Shown in pieces: positions 1 to 10,599 of a stretch of DNA of 64,000 nucleotides. The first letter of the stretch is position 1. Every line of letters begins with the position of its first letter. A program made the translations under genes and the position numbers. The stretch comes from Candidatus Multivoradales bacterium (lineage in GTDB: Bacteria; Acidobacteriota; Thermoanaerobaculia; Multivoradales; Multivoraceae), in contig CBDCWI010000002.1 in the NCBI GenBank assembly GCA_965223325.1, positions 2,304,001-2,368,000 of the forward strand. The letters run 5' to 3'. The notes below the pieces were generated by a model. That model saw only the letters and a program-made list of their open reading frames with translations, searched no databases and was not told where the DNA came from.

Positions 1-7
1 TGGAGAG

Positions 8-688
8 TCACCTATAGAGACCGTCGATCACCGCCAGGCCCGACGAATCGAAGCTGTCTGGCTCACCGGCGGCTTGCCAATCGAGGAAGTCGGCATCCGA
101 CAAGACCGTTTCACCATAGGGCTCGAGATCTCGAGGAAGCGCGACCGAGTACGTACGAAACCGGGTGACGACTGGTGCATAGAAGGCGTCGGCGATTGTT
201 CGTTGGCCCAAGAGCCACGGCCCATCGGCACCATGGGCAGAACGGAGCTGCTGCCACAGGGAGATGATGCGATCGATTCCCCGTTGGGTGTCTTCCGGCC
301 AGTCCTGCGCTTCAGAGCGGCGATGCAGGTTCATCGGCAGGTCGCGACGAACACCGCCGAAGCCGGAATGCATCTCAGAGGTCGCCGAGCGGGCAAGAGC
401 TCGCGTTCTACGGTCGGCCGGCCACAAACCAGCATCAGGCGCTTCTTCAGCCGCCCACTCGGCAATCGCCAGGCTGTCCCAGACTGTCAGGTCGCCAACC
501 GAAAGCGCCGGCACTGCTCCCGTTGGTGAAACCTCGAGAACCTCTTCGATGGCCAGCTTGCCGTAGCCGGGCTGACGCAGGTCGATCAAGCGCTCTTCGA
601 AGTCGATCCCCGCCCAACGCAACACCAACCAGGGGCGTAGCGACCAGCTCGAATAGTTCTTGTTGCCGACGTAGAGGATGGGTTTCAT
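8..688 (-). CDS. Glutathione S-transferase family protein
   Basis: N-terminal GNKNYSSWSLRPWL, VPAL and WDSLAIAE motifs, plus C-terminal TIADAFYAPV, typical of bacterial GST. Confidence 0.9.
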   Translation of the reverse strand: MKPILYVGNKNYSSWSLRPWLVLRWAGIDFEERLIDLRQPGYGKLAIEEVLEVSPTGAVPALSVGDLTVWDSLAIAEWAAEEAPDAGLWPADRRTRALARSATSEMHSGFGGVRRDLPMNLHRRSEAQDWPEDTQRGIDRIISLWQQLRSAHGADGPWLLGQRTIADAFYAPVVTRFRTYSVALPRDLEPYGETVLSDADFLDWQAAGEPDSFDSSGLAVIDGLYR

Positions 689-724
689 GGACGTTTCATC
701 CTGCCTTTGGAGTTGGCGCTCAGG

Positions 725-2647
725 TCACTTGACCCGGAACGCCAACACGGCATTCCCAGGCATCTGACCGAACAAGCTGTAGCCCGACTGCACCAGGAGC
801 ATGTCGCCTGCTAACTGCACGCCCGAGTTGTCGATCGCACCGCCGTGCGCGTCGATCCCGTTGACCGCCTCGTAGGCCTTGACGGTGTTCTCCTCCCACA
901 AGATCTCGCCGCTCTCTGGATGGAATGCGTAGACGGTCCCGTTGAGCGCAGCGGCGAACAACAGGTGCTCGCTCGACATCGGCGCGGCCGAAAAACTGTA
1001 CTGGAACGGGCACTCGGGCCACGGGTTGTCGCCGGCGCGAAGCTTCGCCATGTCGAGCTCACAGCCGCGCTCGGCCATGTGCGACCACAAGACCTCGCCG
1101 GTCTCGAGGTCGAGAGCGTGCACCCCCGGCCTGGGCGTGTAACCGGGGCGCGGAAAGGGCGGATCGGCGATCGGCACAAACACTCTGTCGCCTGCCACCG
1201 TGATCCCCCAGTGCACTCCGCCGAGCGCCGAGCCATCGCTCAGCCTCTCCTGCCAGAGCAGTTCACCGGTCTCCGGGTCGAGCGCGTGCACCTCGCCCGA
1301 CTTCTGACCGGCAACCAGGATGTCACGGCCGCCGGACGACCGCGCCAAGACAGCGGCAGCTCCAAAGTCGAAATCCGGACCCTTCTCGCGCGGACAGTTG
1401 GGACCGGCCCGGCGACCGCAGGCCATATTGAAGGCATCGAACTGCGTACCCTGAAAGGACCAGCGGATCGCGCCAGTGGTCATATCGAGAGCGACGATGG
1501 CGTCTGAAAGAGCGGTTGCCGGTGACGAGGTGTTCTCACCCGTGCCCACGTAGAGCTGGCCGCGCTCGGGATCGAGAGTCGGCGTCGTCCACACCGGCAC
1601 GCCCGATGGCCCCCACTGCTGAACGCCGGTCTCCGACTTGTAGGTCGGAACAGCCTCCTTGGTCATGTGGGTCGTCCACAGAATCTTCCCGTTCGCCGCA
1701 TCGAGTGCGAGGACGGCACCGTGACTCTTGCAACATTCGTACTTCGGATTGGTCGCCAAGACAACGCCAAACGCCGACAAGGGCACGAAGACCCGGTCAC
1801 CGTTCTCGTCGCTATGAGGCGCCGGAGTTCCGGTCAAGGTCGAAGCATCAAAAAGTGCCACCCGGGTCTGCCACAAGGGCTCACCAGTATGGGCGTTGAT
1901 GGCGTGCAGGGTGCCCGTCATATCGCCGACGAAAAGGGCCGTCTGCTCGCCAGCCTTGCCAACCGACATCGAGGTGCGCAGGGTCGTGCTCGCGTCGTAG
2001 TCCCACTTGATGCAGCCTGACGCGCGATCGAGCGCGAACACCGAACCCGAGACCGCAGCAACAAAGACCGTGTCTTCGGAAACCACAGGCTGGGAGCGCA
2101 CGTCGGCTACGTCGGGCAGAGCGAACGCCCAGGCGAGTTCGAGGCTGCCGACGTTCTCGGGAGTGATCGTCGAGTCGGGCTGGAATCGACTATTGCGAGC
2201 GTCGACTCCCCAGCCGGCGAGCGCCAGCGAACGAGTCGAGATCTCGCTGGACACCCCGGAGGCATCGCAGCGAGCACTTGCAGGGATCGCCGTTTTGTTG
2301 TCGCCGGCGCCGGTCAACCAGGTGGTGATGGCCATGAGTTCCAGGGTCGTCAGGCCTTCGGCTTCGGCCATCATCTTCCCGGCGGTCATCGAGGTCATGA
2401 CCTGATCGCCGCCCATCTGTCGCAGGGCATCCAGGCCAGGGCCGGTCGACTTGCCTTCCGCGCGGTGGCACACGAGACAGTTCTCGGCGAAGAGAGCCTC
2501 GCCATCGGGTTGATCCTGAACGCCCTCCTGCGCCGTAGCAGGGCCAGTGGCGGGAAGAAGCGACAGGGCAAGCGCCGCCGAGAAAACTGCTAGCACTCGG
2601 CGGTTGAACGAGAACAACGACACGGGGAGAACTGAAACAACGGTCAT
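725..2647 (-). CDS. Secreted quinohemoprotein (PQQ beta-propeller plus cytochrome c), polyvinyl-alcohol-dehydrogenase-like
   Basis: Signal peptide, N-terminal CLVCH heme motif, repeated ALD..TG..LW PQQ blades, vicinal CC (YECCKSHG) and GPDFDFG motif. Confidence 0.85.
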   Translation of the reverse strand: MTVVSVLPVSLFSFNRRVLAVFSAALALSLLPATGPATAQEGVQDQPDGEALFAENCLVCHRAEGKSTGPGLDALRQMGGDQVMTSMTAGKMMAEAEGLTTLELMAITTWLTGAGDNKTAIPASARCDASGVSSEISTRSLALAGWGVDARNSRFQPDSTITPENVGSLELAWAFALPDVADVRSQPVVSEDTVFVAAVSGSVFALDRASGCIKWDYDASTTLRTSMSVGKAGEQTALFVGDMTGTLHAINAHTGEPLWQTRVALFDASTLTGTPAPHSDENGDRVFVPLSAFGVVLATNPKYECCKSHGAVLALDAANGKILWTTHMTKEAVPTYKSETGVQQWGPSGVPVWTTPTLDPERGQLYVGTGENTSSPATALSDAIVALDMTTGAIRWSFQGTQFDAFNMACGRRAGPNCPREKGPDFDFGAAAVLARSSGGRDILVAGQKSGEVHALDPETGELLWQERLSDGSALGGVHWGITVAGDRVFVPIADPPFPRPGYTPRPGVHALDLETGEVLWSHMAERGCELDMAKLRAGDNPWPECPFQYSFSAAPMSSEHLLFAAALNGTVYAFHPESGEILWEENTVKAYEAVNGIDAHGGAIDNSGVQLAGDMLLVQSGYSLFGQMPGNAVLAFRVK

Positions 2648-2797
2648 GAGCTGAGATCTCTTGCTGTCAACGGGCCACTCTGTCGGGAATGCGCTCAGAT
2701 GCTATCGCGCCCTCTTCATGCGGGACGGCCAGTGCCACAACCCCCAGCAACAGCGTAGGCTCACCAGGTGGACACCCACAGCAGCTCGCACCGAACG

Positions 2798-4654
2798 ATG
2801 AGCACCTTGCACAAGGTGCTGCTCGCCCTCGTGCTGCTCGTGGCTGCGTTCCTGCGTTTTGCCGACGGCGGCGCCGGACTCGACGGCGAGCGCTTCTTCG
2901 ACGAGCGCTACAGCGTCAACAACCTTCGCCGGGCGCTTGACCCACAAGCGACTGCGCCCGCCAACTACTACTACCCGGCACTGTCGTACCTTCCGCAGTT
3001 GGCCATCGCCCGATGGTCTGGCGAGTCGTGGTTCGAGGGGCGGCAGCTCACACCAGCCGGCTACCGCCAGGCCCGTTCCGTTTCGACCATCTTCGGCCTG
3101 CTTTCGATCCTTTTCACTTTCATGCTCGGCCGCCACCTATGGAGCAGCAGCGTCGGGCTCCTCGCCGCGACCGTGGTGACCGCAGCGCCGCTCCATCTGA
3201 GGCTGTCGGTGATGTGGAAACCCGACGCTCTTCTCCTGGCTTCGATCCTGGGCGTCGTTCTTTTGACGCTCCATGCACTCGAGAACCGCAGTCGCCCCAG
3301 CCTTCGGCGCTACGCTTGGGTCGGTCTGGCCGTAGGGACCGCCCTGTCGAGCAAGCTCAACGGCGGGGCCGCGGCGCTCCCGATCGCGGCTTTTGGCCTC
3401 TTCTATGCACACCGCGATCGAAGGCACATTCTGGGTGTTGCGCTGGCCGCGCTCCTTGCGGCCGCTGTTTTTCTGGCGATCCACTCCGATCCTCGGCCTT
3501 ACTTCGACGCCCTGGCAGAGAATCAGGAGATCTACGCCAGCCAAACCGAAGCGGGGGCCGGAGCTGGCAAGGCTCTGCTCGATGCCGGCACAGTCCTGCT
3601 CGGGCCGGAGTTTCTCGGCCCTGTGGTCGGGCTCTCCGGAGCGGCCGGTCTCATCCTGCTCTTCAGTCCAAGCGGCCCCGCCAAGAGCCGGCGTGACCTC
3701 TCCGTCGCGCTGTCGTTTCCGGTTCTCTACCTGGCCATCTACCTCGCCACGACCCAGTACAGCAAAGCCAACAACCTGCTACCCCTCCTGCCCTTCGTGG
3801 GTTTGTGCGCCGCGGTCGCCTGGAGCGAGGGATGGAAGCGACTGCTGAACAGTCGGTCTGGCTCTCTGGGCGGCCGCCCGATGAAGGCCGCGACAGCGGT
3901 CGCCGCCCTCGCGCTGGCTGTTTGGCTTCTTGCGCCCGCTACGAAGCTGGTCTACGAGAACGTCGTTCCTACGACTCTCGATCTGGCATTCGACTCGGCG
4001 TTCGAGAGCGTACCCGGGCTCGAAGGGCGTGTTCTGGTCTTCGAAGAGCGACCGCGACGCGTCGCGCTTTTGCAACGCCAGCAGCGTGAGGCGCTTCGTG
4101 TTGGGCTCGAAGACTGGAACAACGTAGCGCTCGACCGAGCCGACGTCGAGATCCTCAATGCCTCACCCGAGCGCGCAAGTTTCTACGAGCAACGCATCAA
4201 CCGGAACCGAGCCGCAACGGTAACGAGAATTACATCGGGCTTCGGGCGCGCCCGCGGGCCAGAACAAGTCGTCATCGCGCACCCATGGCCCCACCTGGCC
4301 AGTCAGAACGCTACGTTCGTCGCCCGAGGAGTCGAAACTTCCGGGGAGAGAAGCTACGTCACCACGATCCCGACCGCCATCCGCAACGACCTCGTTGCCC
4401 TGGTTTCGTTCGAGTTTCTCCTGCCGCACGCCCTCAGCCCGGCGGGCGAGCTCACCGCGTCGATCACAATCGGGGGCGAGTCGCGCACTGGACTCATGAT
4501 TCGAGACCGCAAGACCCAGACGCGCTACCTGAGTCATCGCCAACCACCGTGCGCATCGGAGGCCTGCGACGTCGTGATTACCTTCGAGGGCGCGACCGCC
4601 TCTACCCTGCCGGCGAGGGTCGACGTCACGGCCCACTACTGGGCCGGCAGGTAG
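2798..4654 (+). CDS. Integral-membrane glycosyltransferase, GT-C fold (ArnT/PMT, family 39-like)
   Basis: DE motif after the first TM helix (FFDERY), YYYPAL, KPD and SSKLNG motifs, many TM helices and a soluble C-terminal domain. Confidence 0.7.
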   Translation: MSTLHKVLLALVLLVAAFLRFADGGAGLDGERFFDERYSVNNLRRALDPQATAPANYYYPALSYLPQLAIARWSGESWFEGRQLTPAGYRQARSVSTIFGLLSILFTFMLGRHLWSSSVGLLAATVVTAAPLHLRLSVMWKPDALLLASILGVVLLTLHALENRSRPSLRRYAWVGLAVGTALSSKLNGGAAALPIAAFGLFYAHRDRRHILGVALAALLAAAVFLAIHSDPRPYFDALAENQEIYASQTEAGAGAGKALLDAGTVLLGPEFLGPVVGLSGAAGLILLFSPSGPAKSRRDLSVALSFPVLYLAIYLATTQYSKANNLLPLLPFVGLCAAVAWSEGWKRLLNSRSGSLGGRPMKAATAVAALALAVWLLAPATKLVYENVVPTTLDLAFDSAFESVPGLEGRVLVFEERPRRVALLQRQQREALRVGLEDWNNVALDRADVEILNASPERASFYEQRINRNRAATVTRITSGFGRARGPEQVVIAHPWPHLASQNATFVARGVETSGERSYVTTIPTAIRNDLVALVSFEFLLPHALSPAGELTASITIGGESRTGLMIRDRKTQTRYLSHRQPPCASEACDVVITFEGATASTLPARVDVTAHYWAGR

Positions 4655-4676
4655 GCGGCGCCCCGCTATTGGACGG

Positions 4677-5582
4677 TCAGCCGCGGGGCGAGAACAGCGC
4701 GCGCGTGACGTACCAGGCGATCTTCGGGTTCTCGCGCAAGCGGCGCACCGAGTAGGCGTACCAGTCGGCACCGTAGGGCACATAGACACGGACCTTGTGG
4801 CCGTCATCGATCAGCTGCTTGCGAAGCTGTTCGGTGACCCCGAGCAACATCTGAAACTCGTAGCGGTCCCTCGAGAGCCCACGTTCTTCGATGCGCTCGA
4901 GCGCACCGCTGACCAGCACGTCGTCGTGCGTGGCGATCCCGGTGTAGACGTTGTGATCGAAGAGCAGGTCGAGTGCTTCGAGAAACTTCTCGCGAATCAC
5001 CCGGTCGCTCTGGTAGGCGATGGCCTCGGGCTCGATGTAGATCCCCTTGCAGAGGCGAATGTTGGGGTTGCTCTCGGGTAGTTCTTCCCGGATGTCGCGC
5101 GGGGTGCGCTTGAGGTATGCCTGGAGAACCGTTCCGACATTGCCGTACTTGGCCTGCATTTCGCGCACCATGCGAAGCGTCGCATCCGTGCACGGGTGAT
5201 CTTCCATGTCGACGCGCACAAAGTTGCCACGCTCCCAGGCCGCGACCACCACCTTTTCGAGGTTGTACAGACAGAAGCCTTCGTCGATCTCGAGACCCAG
5301 CAGGGTGAGCTTGATCGAGATGTTGGCGTCGAGACCTTCGCGCTCGATCGTCGCCAGCACGTTCATGTACTCCTCGACCGCCGCCTCGGCCGCACCACGC
5401 TCGGTGACTTCTTCGCCAAGGAGCGCAAGGGTCGCACACAAGCCGGCTTCGTTGAGCGCGCGAATGGTTTTGACCGCTTCATCGAGCTGTTCACCGGCGA
5501 CATAGCGCGACGCGACGGTACGCACGATCGGCTTCGGCACCAGCGGCAAGGCGCCGGCGATCACAGAATCCAGAATGCCCAA
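4677..5582 (-). CDS. Monofunctional proline dehydrogenase
   Basis: RYVAGE, SIKLTLLG, VRVDMED, RLCKGIY, IATHD, EFQMLLG and YVPYG..WY.YS.RRL.E motifs; TTG start. Confidence 0.93.
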   Translation of the reverse strand: MGILDSVIAGALPLVPKPIVRTVASRYVAGEQLDEAVKTIRALNEAGLCATLALLGEEVTERGAAEAAVEEYMNVLATIEREGLDANISIKLTLLGLEIDEGFCLYNLEKVVVAAWERGNFVRVDMEDHPCTDATLRMVREMQAKYGNVGTVLQAYLKRTPRDIREELPESNPNIRLCKGIYIEPEAIAYQSDRVIREKFLEALDLLFDHNVYTGIATHDDVLVSGALERIEERGLSRDRYEFQMLLGVTEQLRKQLIDDGHKVRVYVPYGADWYAYSVRRLRENPKIAWYVTRALFSPRG

Positions 5583-5601
5583 CTCGAGTCTCCGCCGGCG
5601 A

Positions 5602-6516
5602 TCAAACGTGTTCGTGTGCGTGGTAGCTCGAGCGCACCAGGGGGCCCGACTCGCAGTGGCTGTAGCCGAGGTCGAACGCCAGCTCGCGGATCTCGGCGAA
5701 GCGCTCCGGAGTCACGAAACGGTCGACTTCGAGATGATCGTGCGTTGGCTGCAGGTATTGGCCGACGGTGAGGATCTCGACCCCCGCGCCACGAACGTCG
5801 CGCACCGTCTCTTCGAGCTCGGCGTCGGTTTCACCAATGCCAACCATCAGTCCCGTCTTGACCCGCCCAGGGTACTCTCCCGCGTCGCGGCGACGCGCGG
5901 CCTCGGCCAGTAGGGCGAGCGAGCGCTCGTAGCTCGATCCGGGACGGGCCGCCCGGTACATCCTGGGCACGGTTTCCATGTTGTGCGAAAACACTTCAGG
6001 AAGCGCACCGAGCACGATGTCGAGAGCGTCGGGAACGTTGCGGAAGTCGGGAGTGAGCACTTCGACGGCGGTCTCGGGCGTGCGTTCCTTGATCGCACCA
6101 ATGACATCGGCGAAGTGCTGCGCGCCGCCGTCGCCCAGGTCGTCGCGATCGACCGAGGTGATCACCGCGTGCTGGAGGCCCATGGCCGCGACGGCTTCGG
6201 CGACGTGACCGGGCTCGGCCTGGTCGACCCCGGGCTCGGGGCGACCGGTCTTGACGGCACAGAAGCCGCAGCGCCTCGTGCAGGTATCACCAAGGATCAT
6301 GAAGGTCGCCGTACCGTGCTCACCCCAGCACTCGTAGATGTTCGGGCAGCGCGCTTCCTGACAAACCGTGTGGAGGTCCAGTCGGTCGACCAACGCCTTG
6401 ACCTCGCGATAGCGCGGCGGCGTCGTCAACCGGATCTTGAGCCACTCGGGGCGCGCTGTTCGCTTGGCGCGCGCCGCCTTCTCGGGCGCAATGCCGATTT
6501 TCACCAGGTCTGCCAT
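5602..6516 (-). CDS. lipA: Lipoyl synthase
   Basis: CQEARCPNIYECW, radical-SAM CTRRCGFC and C-terminal GPLVRSSYHA motifs. Confidence 0.97.
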   Translation of the reverse strand: MADLVKIGIAPEKAARAKRTARPEWLKIRLTTPPRYREVKALVDRLDLHTVCQEARCPNIYECWGEHGTATFMILGDTCTRRCGFCAVKTGRPEPGVDQAEPGHVAEAVAAMGLQHAVITSVDRDDLGDGGAQHFADVIGAIKERTPETAVEVLTPDFRNVPDALDIVLGALPEVFSHNMETVPRMYRAARPGSSYERSLALLAEAARRRDAGEYPGRVKTGLMVGIGETDAELEETVRDVRGAGVEILTVGQYLQPTHDHLEVDRFVTPERFAEIRELAFDLGYSHCESGPLVRSSYHAHEHV

Positions 6517-6591
6517 GGCATCTGAGTCTACCCGCCCAGGCGCCCTCGCGGCAGGTCCAGGGCGGACCGGAAAACCGAACCATCCCGGTCG

Positions 6592-6999
6592 TTACGTCGC
6601 CGCGAGGTCCTGATCCCAGAACGCGGCTTCGATCTTGTGGCCGTCGAGATCACGCACGAAACAGCCGTAGTAGGGGGCACCGTACTCTTCGCGCGGGCCA
6701 GGTTCCCCGTCGGGCTCAGCGCCGGCGGCGAGCGCCGCCTCCCAGAACGAACGCACCTCCTGCTTGCTCGCCGCAATGAAACCAAAGTGGGTTCCGTTGC
6801 CGACATTGGCCTCGTTGCCATCGATGGGGGTCTGTACCCAGAACTCCGGAAACTGTCGGCCGTAGGCCACCGCGCCCGGGTGTTCGAGCACGCGGGTTGC
6901 CCCGATGGTCGCGAGGACAGAGTCGTAGAACTTCGTTGCCTTGTCGAACTCATTGGTGCCGAGCGAAGTGTGGGACATGATGCTGGGGTTCTCGCTCAT
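6592..6999 (-). CDS. VOC (glyoxalase/bleomycin resistance) family protein
   Basis: SHTSLGTN..KA..FYD, GNGTHFGF, GAEPDGEPGPR and YYGCFVRDLDGHKIE motifs; GGAG upstream of the ATG at 6999. Confidence 0.88.
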   Translation of the reverse strand: MSENPSIMSHTSLGTNEFDKATKFYDSVLATIGATRVLEHPGAVAYGRQFPEFWVQTPIDGNEANVGNGTHFGFIAASKQEVRSFWEAALAAGAEPDGEPGPREEYGAPYYGCFVRDLDGHKIEAAFWDQDLAAT

Positions 7000-7066
7000 C
7001 AAGGAGATCTCCGTTGGAACTGATGGTTCGCGGGGCCAGCATAGCGCTAGTCGGTACACTGCCGGC

Positions 7067-7888
7067 ATGAAAGTCAAAGACAAAGTCGTTGTGGTCACCG
7101 GTGGAGCCAGCGGAATCGGAGAAGCGATGGCCGAACGCTTCCATCGCGACGGAGCGCGGCTCGTTGTCGTCGCCGATCTCGACGGTGAAGGTGCAGAGCG
7201 CGTCGGCACCGCGGTCGGCGGTTTCGGTGTCGGCCTCGACGTGCGCGACGAGGACGCAATCCAGAACCTCGTCGCCCGCACCGTGAAGGAGGCAGGCCCA
7301 GTAGACCTGTTCGTTTCGAATGCTGGCTACGTCACCGTTGGTGGCCTGGAGGTCTCCAACGACGAGCTCAACAACATGTGGCAGGTGCACGTCATGTCGC
7401 ACATCTACGCCGCCCGCGCGGTGTTGCCAGCAATGATCGAGCGCGGCGAAGGCTACCTCTTGAGCACCGCGTCTGCCGCCGGTCTTCTCAGCCAAATCGG
7501 CTCCCTCGCCTACTCGATCACCAAACACGCCGCCGTTTCTCTGGCGGAATGGATCGCCATCACCCACGGCCATCAGGGGATCAAGGTCTCGGTTCTCTGC
7601 CCGCAGGCCGTCGCGACCAATATCGGAGCCAACAGTCCCAGTCGCGACATCACGGAAGGGCCGGGCGTCGCCAGCGGCGACGGTGTTCTGTCGTCCGAGG
7701 AGGTCGCCGAGTGCGTCACCCAGGCTCTCGACGAGGAGCGCTTCTGGGTTCTGCCGCACGCCGAAGTCGCCGAATACACTCGCCGAAAAGCGACCGACAT
7801 CGACCGTTGGCTAGGCGGCATGCGCCGCTTCCAGGACAAGCTGTTCGACGGCCGGCCGTTACCTGGCGATTGGTTGTTGCCCGACTGA
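7067..7888 (+). CDS. Short-chain dehydrogenase/reductase (SDR)
   Basis: VVTGGASGIG, SNAG and catalytic YSITK motifs. Confidence 0.92.
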   Translation: MKVKDKVVVVTGGASGIGEAMAERFHRDGARLVVVADLDGEGAERVGTAVGGFGVGLDVRDEDAIQNLVARTVKEAGPVDLFVSNAGYVTVGGLEVSNDELNNMWQVHVMSHIYAARAVLPAMIERGEGYLLSTASAAGLLSQIGSLAYSITKHAAVSLAEWIAITHGHQGIKVSVLCPQAVATNIGANSPSRDITEGPGVASGDGVLSSEEVAECVTQALDEERFWVLPHAEVAEYTRRKATDIDRWLGGMRRFQDKLFDGRPLPGDWLLPD

Positions 7889-7898
7889 ATCGCCGCGG

Positions 7899-8789
7899 TC
7901 AGACGTCGAGACCGACATCTAGATTCGGTGCACTGTGGGTGAGCCAACCCACCGACATTTGATCGACGCCGGTGGCAGCGATCCCGGGTGCGGTCTCAGG
8001 GGAGATTCCGCCTGAAGCTTCGGTGAGCACGCGACCGTCACAAAGCGCAACCGCCTTCTCGAGGCCTTCGAGGGTGAAGTTGTCGAGCAGGACGGCATCG
8101 ACACCGATCGCCAGGGCCTCTTCGAGCTGTTCGAGCGAGTCGACCTCGAGTTGAATCTTGACCATGTGCCCCACGCCAGCGCGAGCCCGGGCGACAGCCT
8201 CCTCGACCGAGCCGGCAATCGCGATGTGGTTGTCTTTGATCAGCACCGCGTCGTCGAGACCGAAGCGGTGGTTCGTGCCACCGCCGCAGCGCACCGCATA
8301 CTTCTCGAGCGCCCGCAGTCCAGGAGTGGTCTTGCGCGTGCACACGATGCGCGTACGTGCGGCCCCGAGCGACGCCACCAGGTCGCGGGTGGTGGTGGCG
8401 ATTCCACACAGGCGACCGAGCAGGTTGAGGGCGGTGCGCTCGGCGGTGAGAATCGCGCCGGCGGGCCCCTCGATGCGCGCGATCTCGGTGCCCGCCGCAG
8501 CGTCTTCGCCATCGTCGACCAGGATGGTGATCTCACAGGCAGGATCGAGCAGGCGAAAGACCTCGAGTGCCGGCCGCACACCAGCGACGCGACCCGGCTT
8601 CCTCACCACGACGCGTGCCACGGTCGTAGCTGCGGCCGGAACGATCGCCTCGGTGGTCAGGTCACCGGCTTCGCCGAGATCCTCTTCGAGCGCCCGCCGT
8701 AGGAGCGGCTCGACGATGAGACGATGCGGAGGGCGCAGACTGTTGCGCGCGGTGGAGTTGCCTGAAGCGGAGTTGCCCGAAGTGCTCAA
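7899..8789 (-). CDS. nadC: Nicotinate-nucleotide pyrophosphorylase (carboxylating)
   Basis: EDL...GDLTT, CTRKTTPGLR, NHRFGLDD.VLIKDNH and LLDNF motifs. The TTG start overlapping the nadB stop (TTGA) is inferred. Confidence 0.95.
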   Translation of the reverse strand: MSTSGNSASGNSTARNSLRPPHRLIVEPLLRRALEEDLGEAGDLTTEAIVPAAATTVARVVVRKPGRVAGVRPALEVFRLLDPACEITILVDDGEDAAAGTEIARIEGPAGAILTAERTALNLLGRLCGIATTTRDLVASLGAARTRIVCTRKTTPGLRALEKYAVRCGGGTNHRFGLDDAVLIKDNHIAIAGSVEEAVARARAGVGHMVKIQLEVDSLEQLEEALAIGVDAVLLDNFTLEGLEKAVALCDGRVLTEASGGISPETAPGIAATGVDQMSVGWLTHSAPNLDVGLDV

Positions 8790-10531
8790 GCGCCTGCTTC
8801 CTGAACCGCGCGCCTCTCCTCGGGCGCCGGGATAGGACCCTCGAACACCACCTGGTTTCCTTCGACGCGAAGTGCCAGGCGACGCTGCCAGAGGGCGCGC
8901 GCACGCGGGAAGTCGGTGCGGTAGTGACCGCCGCGACTCTCCTCGCGACGGAGCGCGGCACGCGTTACCAGGCGCGCGACGAGGACCATGTTGCGCAGCT
9001 CGCCGGCCTCCCGGGTGTGCACTTCGCGCCAGCTGCTGGCGGTGTCGCGCGCGATCGCGTCGATGTCTTCGCCCGCGGCGGTGAGTCCCTCCGCGTCTCG
9101 CTCGAGGGCGACGTGCTTCCACATCACACTGCGCAACCGCGCGCGCAGAGCGTGACCGGGGCCAAGAGCGCGCCCGGCGAGGCTCAGGCCGCCATCGCCA
9201 GCGATCCGCCGGTTCGTGGGGCCGGCCCGGTCGGAGTGGCCAGCGAAGGCGTCGATCTCGATCTGGGCACCAACCCGGCTGCCGAAGACCAGTCCTTCGA
9301 GCAGCGAGTTGCTCGCCAGCCGGTTCGCACCGTGGACGCCCGATGACGTCACCTCACCCGCTGCCCAGAGGCCAGGAAGCGACGTTCTGCCCTCGGCATC
9401 CACGGCGACGCCACCCATCGTGTAGTGGGCCGCCGGCGATACCGGCACGGGCTCCGTGAGCGGGTCGATTCCCACCGCTTCGCAGCTCTCGATCAAAGTC
9501 GGGAACCGACGCTCGAGATCCTTCAGGTGACGCACGTCGAGAAACGTCTCATGACCCGCTGCCCGGTGCCGCACGATCGTGCGCGCCACCTGGTCGCGCG
9601 CGGCCAGTTCGCCTTCGGGTAGAACGGCGGCAACGAAGCGTTCGCCCTTCTCGTCGATGAGATGACCTCCGGCACCGCGCAGTGCCTCGGTGAGAAGCGG
9701 CGAACCCTCTAGCCGATCGAGATCGGGAACTGCCAGCGAAGTGGGGTGAAACTGCACGAACTCCATATCGAGCAGGCGCGCGCCGGCACGGGCCGCCATC
9801 GCCATGCCGTCGCCGGTGACTTCGGCTGGGTTGGTGGTGTGCGCATAGAGCTGGCCGAGGCCGCCGGTAGCCAGCACCGTCGCCTCGGCGAAGATGGCGA
9901 CGCGCCGCGAGCCGGTCTCCGAGAGCTCGATCCCCACCACCCCCACCACCGAGTCGTCGCCGGCCTGGTTGGCAGCGAGCAGAAAGTCGACCGCAAAGAA
10001 GTGCTCGGCGATTTCGACATGGTCTGTCCGGCGAACTGCTTCGGAAAGCACCCGCACTACCTCGGCGCCGGTGCGATCGCCCCCGGCATGCAGAATGCGC
10101 GCTCGTGCGTGGCCACCTTCGCGGCCGAGGGCCAGCTCGCCCTCACTGTCGAGGTCGAAGCGCGCACCGAGCTCGAGGAGCCGCTCGATCGCCGCCGGCG
10201 CCGCGCCAGTAACCTGAGCGATCGCCTCGGCGTCGCCCAGTCCGCGCGCCACCCGCTCGGTGTCTTCGGCGTGCAGGAGAGGAGAGTCGTCTTCACCCAT
10301 CGCCGCCGCGATGCCACCCTGGGCCCAGGGGCTCGAGCCACTCGCCAACGCCCCCTTGGTGACTAGGAGCGTTGAACGCGGCGTTGCACCCAAGGCAACC
10401 GAAAGGCCCGCAACCCCGCTTCCGAGCACCAACACTTCGGTGTACCGCACCTCCTCGATGTCGGCCCCCTCGAGGCCAGTGCCTTCAAGGACGCTGCCTT
10501 CGAGGGTGGTGTTTGATTCGGTGAGCTTCAT
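8786..10531 (-). CDS. nadB: L-aspartate oxidase
   Basis: GSGVAG FAD motif, SPWAQGGIAA, EFVQFHPT, TEALRG, AHYTMGG, GVHGANRLASNSLLE and ESRGGHYR motifs. Confidence 0.96.
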   Translation of the reverse strand: MKLTESNTTLEGSVLEGTGLEGADIEEVRYTEVLVLGSGVAGLSVALGATPRSTLLVTKGALASGSSPWAQGGIAAAMGEDDSPLLHAEDTERVARGLGDAEAIAQVTGAAPAAIERLLELGARFDLDSEGELALGREGGHARARILHAGGDRTGAEVVRVLSEAVRRTDHVEIAEHFFAVDFLLAANQAGDDSVVGVVGIELSETGSRRVAIFAEATVLATGGLGQLYAHTTNPAEVTGDGMAMAARAGARLLDMEFVQFHPTSLAVPDLDRLEGSPLLTEALRGAGGHLIDEKGERFVAAVLPEGELAARDQVARTIVRHRAAGHETFLDVRHLKDLERRFPTLIESCEAVGIDPLTEPVPVSPAAHYTMGGVAVDAEGRTSLPGLWAAGEVTSSGVHGANRLASNSLLEGLVFGSRVGAQIEIDAFAGHSDRAGPTNRRIAGDGGLSLAGRALGPGHALRARLRSVMWKHVALERDAEGLTAAGEDIDAIARDTASSWREVHTREAGELRNMVLVARLVTRAALRREESRGGHYRTDFPRARALWQRRLALRVEGNQVVFEGPIPAPEERRAVQEAGA

Positions 10532-10599
10532 TCCTGGCTCCGGTTCAGAGGGTTGGTCTGCGAGTTCCAATGGCGTATCGATCGGTTGAAGGGCGCGGT

